Positions 1-10,371 of a DNA stretch of 64,000 bases are shown here, in pieces. This DNA is from a virus. Lineage: Duplodnaviria > Caudoviricetes. The position numbers and the translations under genes are program-made. Position 1 is the stretch's first letter. Each line of letters opens with the position of its first letter. The notes below the pieces were generated by a model. It was not told where the DNA came from. It was given only the letters and a program-made list of their open reading frames with translations, and ran no database searches. The DNA lies in the IMG/VR virus record IMGVR_UViG_3300021400_000262, positions 1 to 64,000 of that record. One strand, written 5' to 3'.

Positions 1-75
1 ATTAGCCTGAAATCTTAATAAGAATTATTTTTTAATTCTTATAAATATATTATAATAAAAAATTTTTAAAAAATC

Positions 76-215
76 AATAAGAGAATTACTTTCCGCGACG
101 TTGGTGACCACATTAACCAATTTACTTTTTCACTTAGAGATATAAAATCTCAAGAGGTGGCGAGAACACAAGCACTTTCCTCCCCTATCGTTAGGCTTCC
201 CCTCATTCTCTTATT
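76..215 (-). ncRNA. candidate structured RNA downstream of tRNA-Ala
   Basis: Closed by an 11-bp terminal stem AATAAGAGAAT/ATTCTCTTATT; higher GC than its flanks; no ORF. Confidence 0.35.
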
Positions 216-220
216 GATAG

Positions 221-292
221 TGGACACGGTGGGATTTGAACCCAATCTTCTTCATTGCAAGTGAAGCGCATTCCCAATTATGCTACCGGCCC
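221..292 (-). tRNA. tRNA-Ala(TGC)
   Basis: Minus strand GGGCCGGTAGCATAATTGG...CTTCA-CT TGC AA-TGAAG...GGGTTCAAATCCC...GTCCA; G3:U70 Ala identity pair; imperfect acceptor stem. Confidence 0.85.
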
Positions 293-295
293 ATT

Positions 296-469
296 TTAAT
301 CTTCATCTATTATCGGTTCTAAAGTATATTCAATATTATCTATATATTCCAATGGTATTCCTACTGATTCGGCAATCTACTCTTGGATAAATAAATCATT
401 ATCATTATCTTCCCAAAAATAACAAGAACCATTAATAGAAATATTATATTTTATTTTAAAACCATTCAT
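296..469 (-). CDS. small acidic protein (57 aa, one TAG=Gln), resembles 668..847
   Basis: MNGFKIKYNISING...FIQE(TAG)IAESVGIPLEYIDNIEY; RBS present; ends TAA; absent from the ORF track. Confidence 0.7.
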
Positions 470-471
470 AT

Positions 472-663
472 TTATTCCTCTTTAAGAATTACATAATTAT
501 CTCCTGGAACAAGAGCACAGGCACCCCAAGTACCATAAACATATCCATTCTTTTCATCAACCATTTTAACAATACCTTCTGTGTCTTTATAATATGACTC
601 TCCAAACATATGATAAATATGAATCATATCTCCAACTTTAGGGAAATCTCTAACTTCTTTCAT
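472..663 (-). CDS. hypothetical protein (small beta-barrel-like)
   Basis: ORF track; start moved to MKEVRDF after GAGGAG RBS. Confidence 0.7.
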   Translation of the reverse strand: MKEVRDFPKVGDMIHIYHMFGESYYKDTEGIVKMVDEKNGYVYGTWGACALVPGDNYVILKEE

Positions 664-667
664 AATA

Positions 668-847
668 TTACTCCTCTTCTTCCTCAATCCAATATTCTAA
701 ATCATCAATATATTCTGGATCTATTTGCATATCATTCATGATTCTATCTCGAATTTCTAAATCATTGTTAGGATCATCATAATATGTAAAACTGCCTAAA
801 ATTGTAGCATGATAATAAATTTTAGCACCCTTTTCTTCTTCGAGCAT
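668..847 (-). CDS. small acidic hypothetical protein
   Basis: Start at MLEEEK after AAGGAG RBS. Confidence 0.7.
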   Translation of the reverse strand: MLEEEKGAKIYYHATILGSFTYYDDPNNDLEIRDRIMNDMQIDPEYIDDLEYWIEEEEE

Positions 848-975
848 TTTGAATCTCCTTAAACAATCCATTAACAAAATAATGAGTATATACAGAGCAA
901 TATCTACAATTTTCGCATTCATCTGGAGGTTTATTTGCCCATACACATTCTTTATTTGTTAATAAACAAATAACC

Positions 976-1200
976 TTATACTCTTTTGTTCCATGCTCTG
1001 ATGGCATTTTCTTTTGCTTTTTCTTCTTCCCTGTAAATAGTATCATTTTTATTTAAATATATTCGACACAAACATTCAGGATTTTTACACTCAATTACAA
1101 ATTCATAACATCCAAAATATCCATGCGAATCTCTCCACAGAGGACGTTTTTCTAATTCTACTTTTGATCCACAAAAAGGACATGGTTTTAATTTAATCAT
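976..1200 (-). CDS. Lar-like restriction alleviation family zinc-finger protein
   Basis: LKPCPFCG...C..C...AIRAWNKR signature. Confidence 0.7.
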   Translation of the reverse strand: MIKLKPCPFCGSKVELEKRPLWRDSHGYFGCYEFVIECKNPECLCRIYLNKNDTIYREEEKAKENAIRAWNKRV

Positions 1201-1760
1201 AATATTTTTAAAATAGCAGACTATTGCGAACTTGCGGTCTGCCAGCGCGGCACCTTTTTATACTGGGTCATGTATCCAGTTTAATCCGATGTGCAGTAAG
1301 CGAGAAATCCCACGCCGCAATCACATGCATCTGTTTAGGGTTGCATAGATGATCTTTAGAGTATCTTACGGATCTTCCCCCGCTCTATGAGGTGTCTCTC
1401 CTCAATGTCCCTAAGTAATTCAGCTTTATTTTCTTTTGGCTTTTAATGCTTGCCTACGGATTAACAAAACAAGACTTTTAACAGTTTCAATAATTATAGA
1501 AGATACAAAAACTTGTTCAAAAACTCTACTTCGTTGACTTTTGGTCAAAAAGTAATCAACCAGATTACTATTGCAGATAAAAGTCTTTTTTATTTTTTAC
1601 AATATAATTATAATAAAAATTTTTTAAAAAGTCAAAAAATTGTTGTACTTCCAGAGTGCATATAAAAACTCCTTTTTTATTTTCTATATATATTATATAA
1701 AAAAATTTTTAAAAAATCAAAAAAGAGGAAAGATTTAAAAATCTTTCCTCAAAATTAATA

Positions 1761-3224
1761 TTAATCAACTTCGTAATTCTTTCCATTGATGGTAATAATA
1801 CCATTCTTATTAGCCTTCAACTTATCTCCAGCATAAAGAATTTCACCATTTTTACCAGTAAAGATATATACATCATTACCATCATTAATATTTGTCTTAT
1901 TCTTTACGATTGATCCATTATTGTTTACAAGAATTTGCCCTACGGCAATATTTTTTCCGTAATAAACATCTCCGGAATTTAAAGTATATCCATTGCTATA
2001 GGTAGCATTAATGCCAGCATACTTACCATCAAAACCATTCGCGCAAAGAATTAAACCATTGTAGGCGAATTTCTTAATCTTAGTAACATAACCTGTTTCA
2101 GCTGCGCCGCTATTCTTGAAATAGAAGGAATACACTTCATCTTCTAATTCAATCTTTACGTTTCCGGTCTTACGAGAACCATCATTTATGCTGTCTGAGA
2201 AATAATATAAATCACTATAAGTTAATCCCTTTATATCATCTCCAGTCATTTCAATAAACTTTGTATCTCCAACCTTATTAATATAGTCGGTGCCATCAAA
2301 AGCAACTAATCCATCAAGCATACGTCCCATATTATCAAAGACATAACGCTTTCCATTAATCAGCTTAATTTGATTCTTTACAATCTTTCCGGCATTATCA
2401 GCATACCACCAAGAATATTCATCATTCTCATAATCTTCAGGAATATAATCCTCATCAGGAACGGCATAAATCCATCCCTTCTTAACAAGAGTACCGTTAG
2501 GATTAATATAGCTTAAATTACTAGCAGTAGCTACATCGACCCACTTATCAAGCATATGGCCGTCATTAGTATCAAACTTATATGTAGCACCATTAATAAC
2601 TTTCTTCTCACTAAGAGTCTTCTTTCCAGTAGAAGGATTAAAATAGAACCAATAATCCTTTAATTCATCATTATTTTCTACTGAAATTTGGCACCATCCA
2701 AACTTAATAGCGCCATCATTGGCATCTCCAGCAAAATATGTAGCATTTTTCCATGCTTCAGTATCATCTTCACCAGCAAGAGCTACACTATTAGCATCAA
2801 TCCAACCATATAACATCTTACCTTCAGAATCAAACACATATTTCTTACCGTTAATTTCCTTTAGATCAGAAGATGTGATAGTTCCCTTCTTGGTAACATA
2901 TGCCTTTCCATTGGCTCCAAAGTAATACCAATCATTTTCGCTTTGAATCCAATGATTTCTTACCATTGCTCCATTTACATCAAGGTAATAATAATCATTA
3001 TTGTCCTCGATGATAGCATCCGTCACCATTCTTCCTTCATAATCTACATAATACCAATCCTCACCGGACTTGGCCCAACTATCTGTAATAATGTTGTTAT
3101 TTTTGTCGAAATATCTCCATTCACCATTCTCAATGCCCCAGTAATTTGCGGCAAATGCCGTGGAGACAGTCATAATTACTGTGCTTGCGGCAATGAGAAA
3201 TAACTAAATAAACTTATTCTTCAT
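1761..3224 (-). CDS. secreted cell-wall-binding (choline/glucan-binding type) repeat protein, 487 aa
   Basis: Many WYY(F/V)..G.M repeats; with TAG=Gln the ORF extends to MKNKFI(TAG)LFLIAASTVIMTVSTAFA, a complete signal peptide behind an AAGGAG RBS. Confidence 0.85.
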
Positions 3225-3242
3225 TAATAAAAACTCCTTTAA

Positions 3243-3410
3243 TCATTCTTCTTCATATATATATAAAAGACAATATATAGCTGCATAAAGATTAACAACT
3301 TTCATATAAGTAATTGGATGGATAATTACCATAATTAAGAAAAAAATAAATAATATTAAATAATAAAAATTTATTTTTTTATAATTTTCTTTTATAAAAG
3401 TTAAAATCAT
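3243..3410 (-). CDS. small membrane protein (55 aa)
   Basis: Hydrophobic ORF MILTFIKENYKKINFYYLILFIFFLIMVII... with RBS, ends TGA. Confidence 0.55.
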   Translation of the reverse strand: MILTFIKENYKKINFYYLILFIFFLIMVIIHPITYMKVVNLYAAIYCLLYIYEEE

Positions 3411-3428
3411 ATTGCGCGCTCCTGTCTT

Positions 3429-4265
3429 TTATGACACCATACACTCCCGCAAAATGTTCGCACGAGCGGGATTCCGCAATTTTCTTAAAGCTTTAGCTTC
3501 AATTTGTCTAATGCGTTCTTTTGTTAAACCATATTCTTGTCCTATTTCTTCAAGAGTAAAAGCTTTATCGCTATCAATTCCAAAACGCTTTTTTATAATA
3601 CTTGCTTCTCTATTGGATAAAGTAGAAATAATATTATTAATTATATTTTTTTCATCTTGTTGAATATATGAGTGTTCTGGATTTACAAAACTATTATCTT
3701 CAATAAAAGATCCGACTGTTATATCTTCATCTCCATTATCATCTCCTATTGGAGCATCAAGACTAATAATATCTGTCATATAAGATAATAATTCTTTTAC
3801 TTTATCTTCTGGAAGTTTTAATTCAGTAGAAATTTCTTCTATTGTAGGTTCTTTATTTAATTTTAATGTTAATTGTCTAATTTGAGTTCTTGCTTTATTA
3901 ACATCTTCAATTATATGTGCAGGTATTCTAATCGTTCTGCCATTATCTGCTACCGCTCTAGATAAACATTGTTTTATCCACCAGGCCGCATATGTAGCAA
4001 AACGAAAACCTTTTGTATAATCAAATTTATCAACTGCTTTTAATAATCCAATATTTCCTTCCTGAATTAAATCCTAATAAGATAATCCACAACCTTGATA
4101 GTGCCGAGCTAAAGAAACAACCAATCTAAGATTAGACTAAACAATTTTTTCTTTAGCTTCTTTAGTTCCAATTTTAATATAATTAATTTCTTCTTCTTGT
4201 GTTAAAATAGGATAAGAATTAATTTCCTATAAATAAGATTTTAATGAATTATTTTCTTCTGTCAC
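3429..4265 (-). CDS. RNA polymerase sigma-70 family factor (RpoD/SigA-like, 278 aa, 3 TAG=Gln)
   Basis: GTG start; region 1.2 SLKSYL(Q)EI; region 2 V(Q)[15 protein letters not shown](Q)[33 protein letters not shown]; region 4 [23 protein letters not shown]. Confidence 0.93.
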
Positions 4266-4296
4266 ATTATAGTCCTCTTTTTATTTTTAATAGGAA

Positions 4297-4380
4297 CAGG
4301 CGCCGTAGGATTCGAACCCACGATGAGCTTTCGCTGTTGGTTTTGGAGACCAATGTAATCGACCACTCTACCAGACGCCT
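4297..4380 (-). tRNA. tRNA-Trp(CCA) with long variable arm
   Basis: AGGCGTC/GGCGCCT-G acceptor; TTGGT-CT CCA AA-ACCAA anticodon arm; AGC-GAAA-GCT variable arm; GTGGG-TTCGAAT-CCTAC T arm. Confidence 0.88.
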
Positions 4381-4447
4381 TTAAATAAAAGAAAAAATTT
4401 ATCTTATTTTTCTTTTATTATATCATAAAATTTTTTTTAAGTCAAAT

Positions 4448-4759
4448 TTATAGTCCCAATTTATTCATCATCTTTTCAATTCGATCTAATTCTTCTTGAC
4501 TTACTTCAGTAGCTTTCTGCGGAACCTGCGCCTCAAAGTCGATACCACCGTCAGTCATTACGACCGCAGGATCGGCTGCCGCAGAATCTCCAATATAAAC
4601 CTTCGGACAAGTCATGGAAATAGCGATCTGAACTCGTTCTCCACCATCATCTGCCCAGACATAAATCTTCTTATCAGCGACGCCCGCAAAATCTGAACCA
4701 AAAGCTTCTCGAATCTTATTTTCAACTTCTACTTTAGCAATACTACCCTTAGCTGCCAT
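4448..4759 (-). CDS. hypothetical protein
   Basis: ORF track, RBS, operon context. Confidence 0.75.
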   Translation of the reverse strand: MAAKGSIAKVEVENKIREAFGSDFAGVADKKIYVWADDGGERVQIAISMTCPKVYIGDSAAADPAVVMTDGGIDFEAQVPQKATEVSQEELDRIEKMMNKLGL

Positions 4760-5651
4760 TACTTTCTCCTATACATTTATAGCAAATTTTATTAGTACCA
4801 TTTTTCAAAAATGCCCTTCCGCATTTTTGACACCATTCAACTTTATTAACTGCACAATCTGGACAATAATATTCATTATCTACTGGAATTAACTCATATT
4901 CTTTAAACATTTTTTTGCAGCCATTACATTTATAATATAATGTATTCCAAGATGGAAGTTCAATATATTTAAATTGAGGCCAATCTTTTTGAGATAATAT
5001 TTTTAAAACTTTATTAAAAGTTTGTTCTGCAATTAAAGAATTAAAATATTCTATATAACTATGTTCATTAAAATAACCTACAGAAAGATTAACTCCAGCA
5101 ATTTCCCATTTTGGACATAAAATACTTATATCTGAAAAGATTCCATCTGAATAACAAAAACCAAATTGTTTAATATAATCAATAAAATTTTTGTTTTCAC
5201 AATGATAAAAAACTGCATCAAAATATCCAGCTCGATCTAATTCAATTATAAATTTTAAATCTTTTGGAGGATTTGGATAAGCTAAACTAAAATTAATTAC
5301 TCCAGTACCTCCATCTTCTTCACCATCGGTGAATAGAATATAAGGTCTATATCCTTCTTTAATAATTTTTATAATTAAATAAATTCCAACTTTATCATCA
5401 GCTCCTAAACCCTCTGGACTCCAAAAAGTTTCTCGTTTACTATCATAAAAAATTTGAGAAGGAGGGCTATCAAAAACTGTATCCATATGAGCAATTAATA
5501 AAATTGGAATATTTCCAGTAGCATAAATAAAATCATTAGTCTTTTTTACTTCATCATAATAATCTTCCAAGAAAGAAAATAAAACTTTTTTTAAATCTTT
5601 CTTTTTTAATTTAACTAATTCTGTAAAAAGTGTGTAATCTATTTCTTTCAT
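4749..5651 (-). CDS. M20/M28-like zinc peptidase fold protein with C-terminal Zn ribbons
   Basis: AHMDTV, GLGADD, TDGEEDG, ELDR, SD and NEH metal-binding motifs; CxxC pairs at the C-terminus. Confidence 0.75.
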   Translation of the reverse strand: MKEIDYTLFTELVKLKKKDLKKVLFSFLEDYYDEVKKTNDFIYATGNIPILLIAHMDTVFDSPPSQIFYDSKRETFWSPEGLGADDKVGIYLIIKIIKEGYRPYILFTDGEEDGGTGVINFSLAYPNPPKDLKFIIELDRAGYFDAVFYHCENKNFIDYIKQFGFCYSDGIFSDISILCPKWEIAGVNLSVGYFNEHSYIEYFNSLIAEQTFNKVLKILSQKDWPQFKYIELPSWNTLYYKCNGCKKMFKEYELIPVDNEYYCPDCAVNKVEWCQKCGRAFLKNGTNKICYKCIGESNGS

Positions 5652-5675
5652 ATAAAAATTATAGCAAAATTTTTT

Positions 5676-6455
5676 TTATAAATCAATTTTTTCTTCTTTA
5701 TATTTTCTTATCAAATCCGGATCGGCTAAGTTAAAAGTTAATTTACAAATATTACAAGGAGATCCTTTGAGGCATCTTTGCATACAGGTTGTACGAATAT
5801 TAGAAAGTTCTGAAGAAATCATACGATTAACACCATCGGCATTTAAGTTGGTAATAATTGTTTGTAAAGGTCCTCTCCATTCTTTTTGTTCAGCATATAT
5901 ACGATAAAGAGCTTGTTCTTTTTGCTTATCCGCATCTTCAAACTCTACAGCAGTAATATATTCTCCATAAATAGTTTCAAGATCTTCTGGACGAATCCAT
6001 GTTCCAAGAATACCATTTTCTCTTCTTAGACCATCAATAAAAGCTACATTTGGAACTGCTCGAACAGGAATTTCATATCTGATTACTTTATCTAATTGGA
6101 AAAATAATTCATTATCTAAACGAATATAACAAACTCCAAGATCTTTTAAAGCTTTTAATTCAAAAAAAGAAGTTACTGGATAACCAATATAGTATTCCAA
6201 ATTTTCTTTTGCGGCGCTGGCACAAGCGGTCGCAGAAGCGACTTCCGCAATAATTCTTTGATTAGTTAATTTCTTATATTGACCTAGTTTTTCAAAATCA
6301 ACTTCTTCTCCTGGTTTACAATTAATAATAATTGTTTTATTAGGATATTTTCTAATTAAATCAAGAATCATTTCATGATCTCGATATTCAACCTTTATTT
6401 CGTCAGCTTTATCAAGATATTCTCTATTCTATCTTGCACTTAAACAATATAACAT
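5676..6455 (-). CDS. hypothetical protein (259 aa, one TAG=Gln near N-terminus)
   Basis: Extends to MLYCLSAR(TAG)NREYLDKADEI behind a GAGGTG RBS. Confidence 0.75.
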
Positions 6456-6517
6456 AAAATTCACCTCACTGAAAAAAGAGCTGGAATTATTCATTCCAGC
6501 TCTAAGTAATTTTTATA

Positions 6518-6946
6518 TCACTCGGACACTCTGCGGTATCCCTTCACGACACGAGCTTTCTTACCATCTTCGCCGCCGATCTTCAGATCAGCCTTTTCAG
6601 CTTCTCCGATAGAAACCAGCTTATTAAGTCTATAAGTCACCTTAGAGACGGTTACATCCTCACCCTCAATCGCTGCCGCGATATCAGCAATAGTTGCAAA
6701 CTCATCAGTAAGGGCTGCCAGGACTGCCTCACACAGCTCGTCCTTCTCTTCCTTTTTCTTTGCGGCGGTTTCCTTCGCACGGACAGCCTTCTTATCCAGA
6801 AGGGCAATCTCGTTTTCCGCAAAAGTCTTAATGCAATCGGGAGTTACCTCAATTACAGAGCCATCCTTATCGGTGTACTCCATAATTCCCTCAGTAGCGT
6901 AGTTAATAAGTGCTTCGTAAATGTTTCTCTTAGTAAGCTTATCCAT
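6518..6946 (-). CDS. coiled-coil plus winged-helix protein, distant member of the MTKMTYA family
   Basis: C-terminal TIADIAAAI..VSKVTYRLNKLV..G wHTH-like pattern; own promoter. Confidence 0.65.
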   Translation of the reverse strand: MDKLTKRNIYEALINYATEGIMEYTDKDGSVIEVTPDCIKTFAENEIALLDKKAVRAKETAAKKKEEKDELCEAVLAALTDEFATIADIAAAIEGEDVTVSKVTYRLNKLVSIGEAEKADLKIGGEDGKKARVVKGYRRVSE

Positions 6947-7072
6947 AGTGTACCAACCTTTCAATTTTAAAAATTTGTTTTTGTTATTTATTTCTTTCTT
7001 TATCTTACATATACATTATATAAAAATTTTTTAAAAAAATCAATTTGAAGTTCTTTTTAAGAAATCTTATTA

Positions 7073-8668
7073 TTAATTCATAATACAAATTTCATACCTT
7101 TCTCTTAATTCATCATCCGCAGGAATTTCGGGGTAATAATTAAGAGCATTCTGGAAAAAGAGTGTCTTTAATCCTTTTTCAGTTATTTTATCTCTAGTAA
7201 TATAATAAATTGTATTATAACGCTTAGGATCTTCAGTTATAAAATGATAATAATCTTTTAAATCATAAAAGGTATCTTGACTTACCATTGCATAAATATC
7301 AGGATAATAAGCTGTACCATCATCTGTTGCAAGACAAATCATTACCTCACCAGTGTTATTTAGATGATATTCTTCTGTTACAATATCTAAATAACAAGAA
7401 TCATTAAAGCAATCTTCGCAAATTAATTCATCATCAACACAATATCCTTCATCGTCATTTAAATAATGACCACATTCATCGCATATTCTAGGAGCATAGC
7501 AATGATCGCAACTAAGACATCCTTCATGCTGGAAGCTAATCGTATTATAACCGCCATCGCCGCAAGCCATACATTCTGGTTCACCAGAATAATAGGGTCT
7601 AAAAGTACCCCCATTAAAAACGTTTTTATCTAATGTAAAAACGCCAAACTGGTTAATATTAAAATCATTATACATATAACCAGTGCGAGGATAAACCTCT
7701 AATGCATAATCATAAAGACCAGGATTAAATTCAACTGCTGTATCATATTTAATAATATCAGAATAGGTTCCGAATCCTATCCCCTCAGCAATTTCTTTTA
7801 ACCAATTTAAAACAGTCTTAGTTAAAAATTCATTCTTATAAGGATATCCCTTTACATTCAGAATAGCTTCTGGAGTTACAACAAACAGTTCTCTCCACTT
7901 TTTACTATTCCAAGCAAAATTACGATTAAAATGATAGTCGCTAGATGATTTTAAATAAGCTACAACAACCATAGGAGAATTCATCATTTCTACAGTTCCC
8001 TGACGATATTCTCCCCCATCTCCCCAGCTCATGCAAGAAGTCCAACCATTTGCATTATCACTCATAGTCATATAATCAAGAGGATGAATTGAAATGCAGA
8101 GTTCTCCTTCAAGTTTCTTCTGGTTCAGAACCTGCGAATGCCGCAAACAAAATTCATCAAAATCGGGAATATTATAAATTTCTGCCAGTTTACGAATAAT
8201 TTTCATGGGATGAGAATTTTTAAATACCTTAATAGGTTCTTTCATCTCAGGAAAATAAATTTCGCAATCATGCCAATCAAAATGGTTTTTTGCTAAAGTA
8301 GAATTTCCAATTAAATGATTAACAGCATAATAGCTTTCAATGTATTTTCCATCTTCTATACCATATTTTACGAAAGCATTCTGCCAAGCTTTAAGAAAAT
8401 TTTTTACATGTTCGCTAGTCTTTTTTCCCCATCTAGAAAAATTATCATTAATATCTTCATAAAGCTCATCGTAATCTTTATTATATTCAATATTTCTACT
8501 TAAAATGAGCTTATCTCCAAAAAATTTCTCAAGATATTTGCTCTTATTTTTATCCCAAAAACGAAGTATATACTCTACCGGAACGGTACGTTCTACCTCT
8601 GACTCAAGGCAAGCATCAATATAATATTTAATACCATCTAATTCTTCGGGAGTAATTTTTTCAATCAT
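7073..8668 (-). CDS. hypothetical protein with C-terminal CxxC Zn ribbons
   Basis: Long ORF; ISIHPLDYMTMS..W.SCM motif; multiple CxxC pairs. Confidence 0.8.
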   Translation of the reverse strand: MIEKITPEELDGIKYYIDACLESEVERTVPVEYILRFWDKNKSKYLEKFFGDKLILSRNIEYNKDYDELYEDINDNFSRWGKKTSEHVKNFLKAWQNAFVKYGIEDGKYIESYYAVNHLIGNSTLAKNHFDWHDCEIYFPEMKEPIKVFKNSHPMKIIRKLAEIYNIPDFDEFCLRHSQVLNQKKLEGELCISIHPLDYMTMSDNANGWTSCMSWGDGGEYRQGTVEMMNSPMVVVAYLKSSSDYHFNRNFAWNSKKWRELFVVTPEAILNVKGYPYKNEFLTKTVLNWLKEIAEGIGFGTYSDIIKYDTAVEFNPGLYDYALEVYPRTGYMYNDFNINQFGVFTLDKNVFNGGTFRPYYSGEPECMACGDGGYNTISFQHEGCLSCDHCYAPRICDECGHYLNDDEGYCVDDELICEDCFNDSCYLDIVTEEYHLNNTGEVMICLATDDGTAYYPDIYAMVSQDTFYDLKDYYHFITEDPKRYNTIYYITRDKITEKGLKTLFFQNALNYYPEIPADDELRERYEICIMN

Positions 8669-8741
8669 AAGAACACACCTCATTTTTTATTTTCTATATA
8701 TATTATAATAAAAATTTTTAAAAAAATCAATGGCGCCCTTT

Positions 8742-8933
8742 TTAGACGCCATTTTTATAATATACAGTTCCTTCAGTATTACATTTAACACATTTAAATC
8801 TAATGCTTCTGGTTCCAGGTACTTTTTTTCCTAAATCAAGACAATATGTTATAGGAAGATTACATTTACAAATAGCATAAATATGATCTTCTTTAAGAGG
8901 ATAAACATAAGTAGGTTCTACTTTTTTATACAT
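8742..8933 (-). CDS. small Zn-binding hypothetical protein
   Basis: ORF track; Cys pairs. Confidence 0.6.
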   Translation of the reverse strand: MYKKVEPTYVYPLKEDHIYAICKCNLPITYCLDLGKKVPGTRSIRFKCVKCNTEGTVYYKNGV

Positions 8934-9102
8934 AATCTTTAACCCTATTTTTAATATATTCTATATCTTCATCAGAAAGATCCCATGCAGAATCAACTGT
9001 AAAATTTGTTTCTCCTGCGGCGGCCCGTCTAGCGATCTCTTTGACTAGCTCTTCACGATCAAATTGATTAGCTACAAATCCAAATAAATCATTTTCTGTC
9101 AT
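8926..9102 (-). CDS. hypothetical protein
   Basis: Start at MTENDL after GGAGG RBS. Confidence 0.65.
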   Translation of the reverse strand: MTENDLFGFVANQFDREELVKEIARRAAAGETNFTVDSAWDLSDEDIEYIKNRVKDYV

Positions 9103-9106
9103 ATTT

Positions 9107-9655
9107 TTATCCCTCCACAACTTTGCAGCGAGTTAAAATAGTCTGTTTGCAATTATGATAAGTACGATGGTCTTTTACGGTTCCACGAATATTAAGGAAG
9201 CTATCCTCTTTAAGAGTACGAGAAGCAGTAGTCCATACATATACATTTCCATTTTCATCGGACATAATATGCATAGAACTTTTTCCATAAAAACCATCTA
9301 AAGGAATTACTTTATCAATATGAACTTCAAGTTCAAGTCTTTCACCAATTTCGCCCTGATATTCACTAGGAGTAGGATCATAAAGAAGGTTGTCAATAAC
9401 TTCGCTAATAGCGTCATCATTGTTTAAATCAGTTCCATTAGCAGAAATCTGATTCCAAAAAAGCTGAACAGGAAAAATATCTGCGGGAAGATCGGTAGGA
9501 ACTTCTACATTGGTTGCAAAATACCATCCCCAACGAGGATTATATTTAGATCCGCGCTCCTTTAACCATTCCTTAAAAGGATAGGTCTGTCCTTTTAAAA
9601 TCGTAATATAATCTCCTACAAAACCCAGCTTCTCTTTAGCGCTCATCTTCTGCAT
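9107..9655 (-). CDS. protein with C-terminal OB-fold-like domain
   Basis: Start MQKMSAK after AAGGAGG; GEIGERL...GTVKDH..Y...QT.LTRC pattern. Confidence 0.7.
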   Translation of the reverse strand: MQKMSAKEKLGFVGDYITILKGQTYPFKEWLKERGSKYNPRWGWYFATNVEVPTDLPADIFPVQLFWNQISANGTDLNNDDAISEVIDNLLYDPTPSEYQGEIGERLELEVHIDKVIPLDGFYGKSSMHIMSDENGNVYVWTTASRTLKEDSFLNIRGTVKDHRTYHNCKQTILTRCKVVEG

Positions 9656-9818
9656 CTTTATCCTCCTTAAAGGCACCGGCCGCAAGCATCTGATCAAGTT
9701 TATCGGCATCGTTAGTAGGTTTAATAAAAACCTTATGTCCGATCCAAATACTCATAAACTCATATGGATCTTCATCTTCTAAAAGATACTTTTCATAATC
9801 CTGTTCATTAGCAAGCAT
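9636..9818 (-). CDS. hypothetical protein
   Basis: ORF track with RBS. Confidence 0.6.
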   Translation of the reverse strand: MLANEQDYEKYLLEDEDPYEFMSIWIGHKVFIKPTNDADKLDQMLAAGAFKEDKDAEDER

Positions 9819-10065
9819 TTATATCACCCTTCCTTTTTCAAAAAAATGCATTAAAACAACTAGAAGAGCATAAATAATTGTCATTTTAAGAATCGGTTTT
9901 CCATGCGCTGCCATTATAGCAGTTATAATTACAACAATTAACCATATAACAAAGCAAATTAATCCAAAAGTATTTATTACCATATGCTCTTCTCCTTTCT
10001 TTATCTTATATATATATTATAAAAAAATTTTTTATAAAAATCAAAAGCGGTTAATTAACCGAAGG

Positions 10066-10332
10066 TTAATTATCCGCCTTTTCTCTTTCAAAAATAATAC
10101 AATATGTTTCTTCTCTTTCAAACTGACAATATTGAGTTTTTTCGCCTGTTTTAAAGTGATTTATATATTTAGAGCCTTTTGCAAATTCTTCCGCAAGAGT
10201 TGATGGAATATTAGATTTTTCTACATTTTTAATTACATATTGTTCTGTTTTTGGTTTTATTAATAATTCATCTAAATATTGACACAACAAACGAATACAG
10301 TCATGTCCTTCACTATAATCCCATGCAGACAT
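10066..10332 (-). CDS. hypothetical protein
   Basis: ORF track. Confidence 0.6.
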   Translation of the reverse strand: MSAWDYSEGHDCIRLLCQYLDELLIKPKTEQYVIKNVEKSNIPSTLAEEFAKGSKYINHFKTGEKTQYCQFEREETYCIIFEREKADN

Positions 10333-10371
10333 AATTTTTCTTTTACATTTCTAATTAAATATTGCTCTGTT

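Noticed and set aside
160-205. RNase P RNA suggested by GAGGAAAGTG on the minus strand
   Set aside because: Element is too short and lacks the complementary P4 strand and other conserved regions
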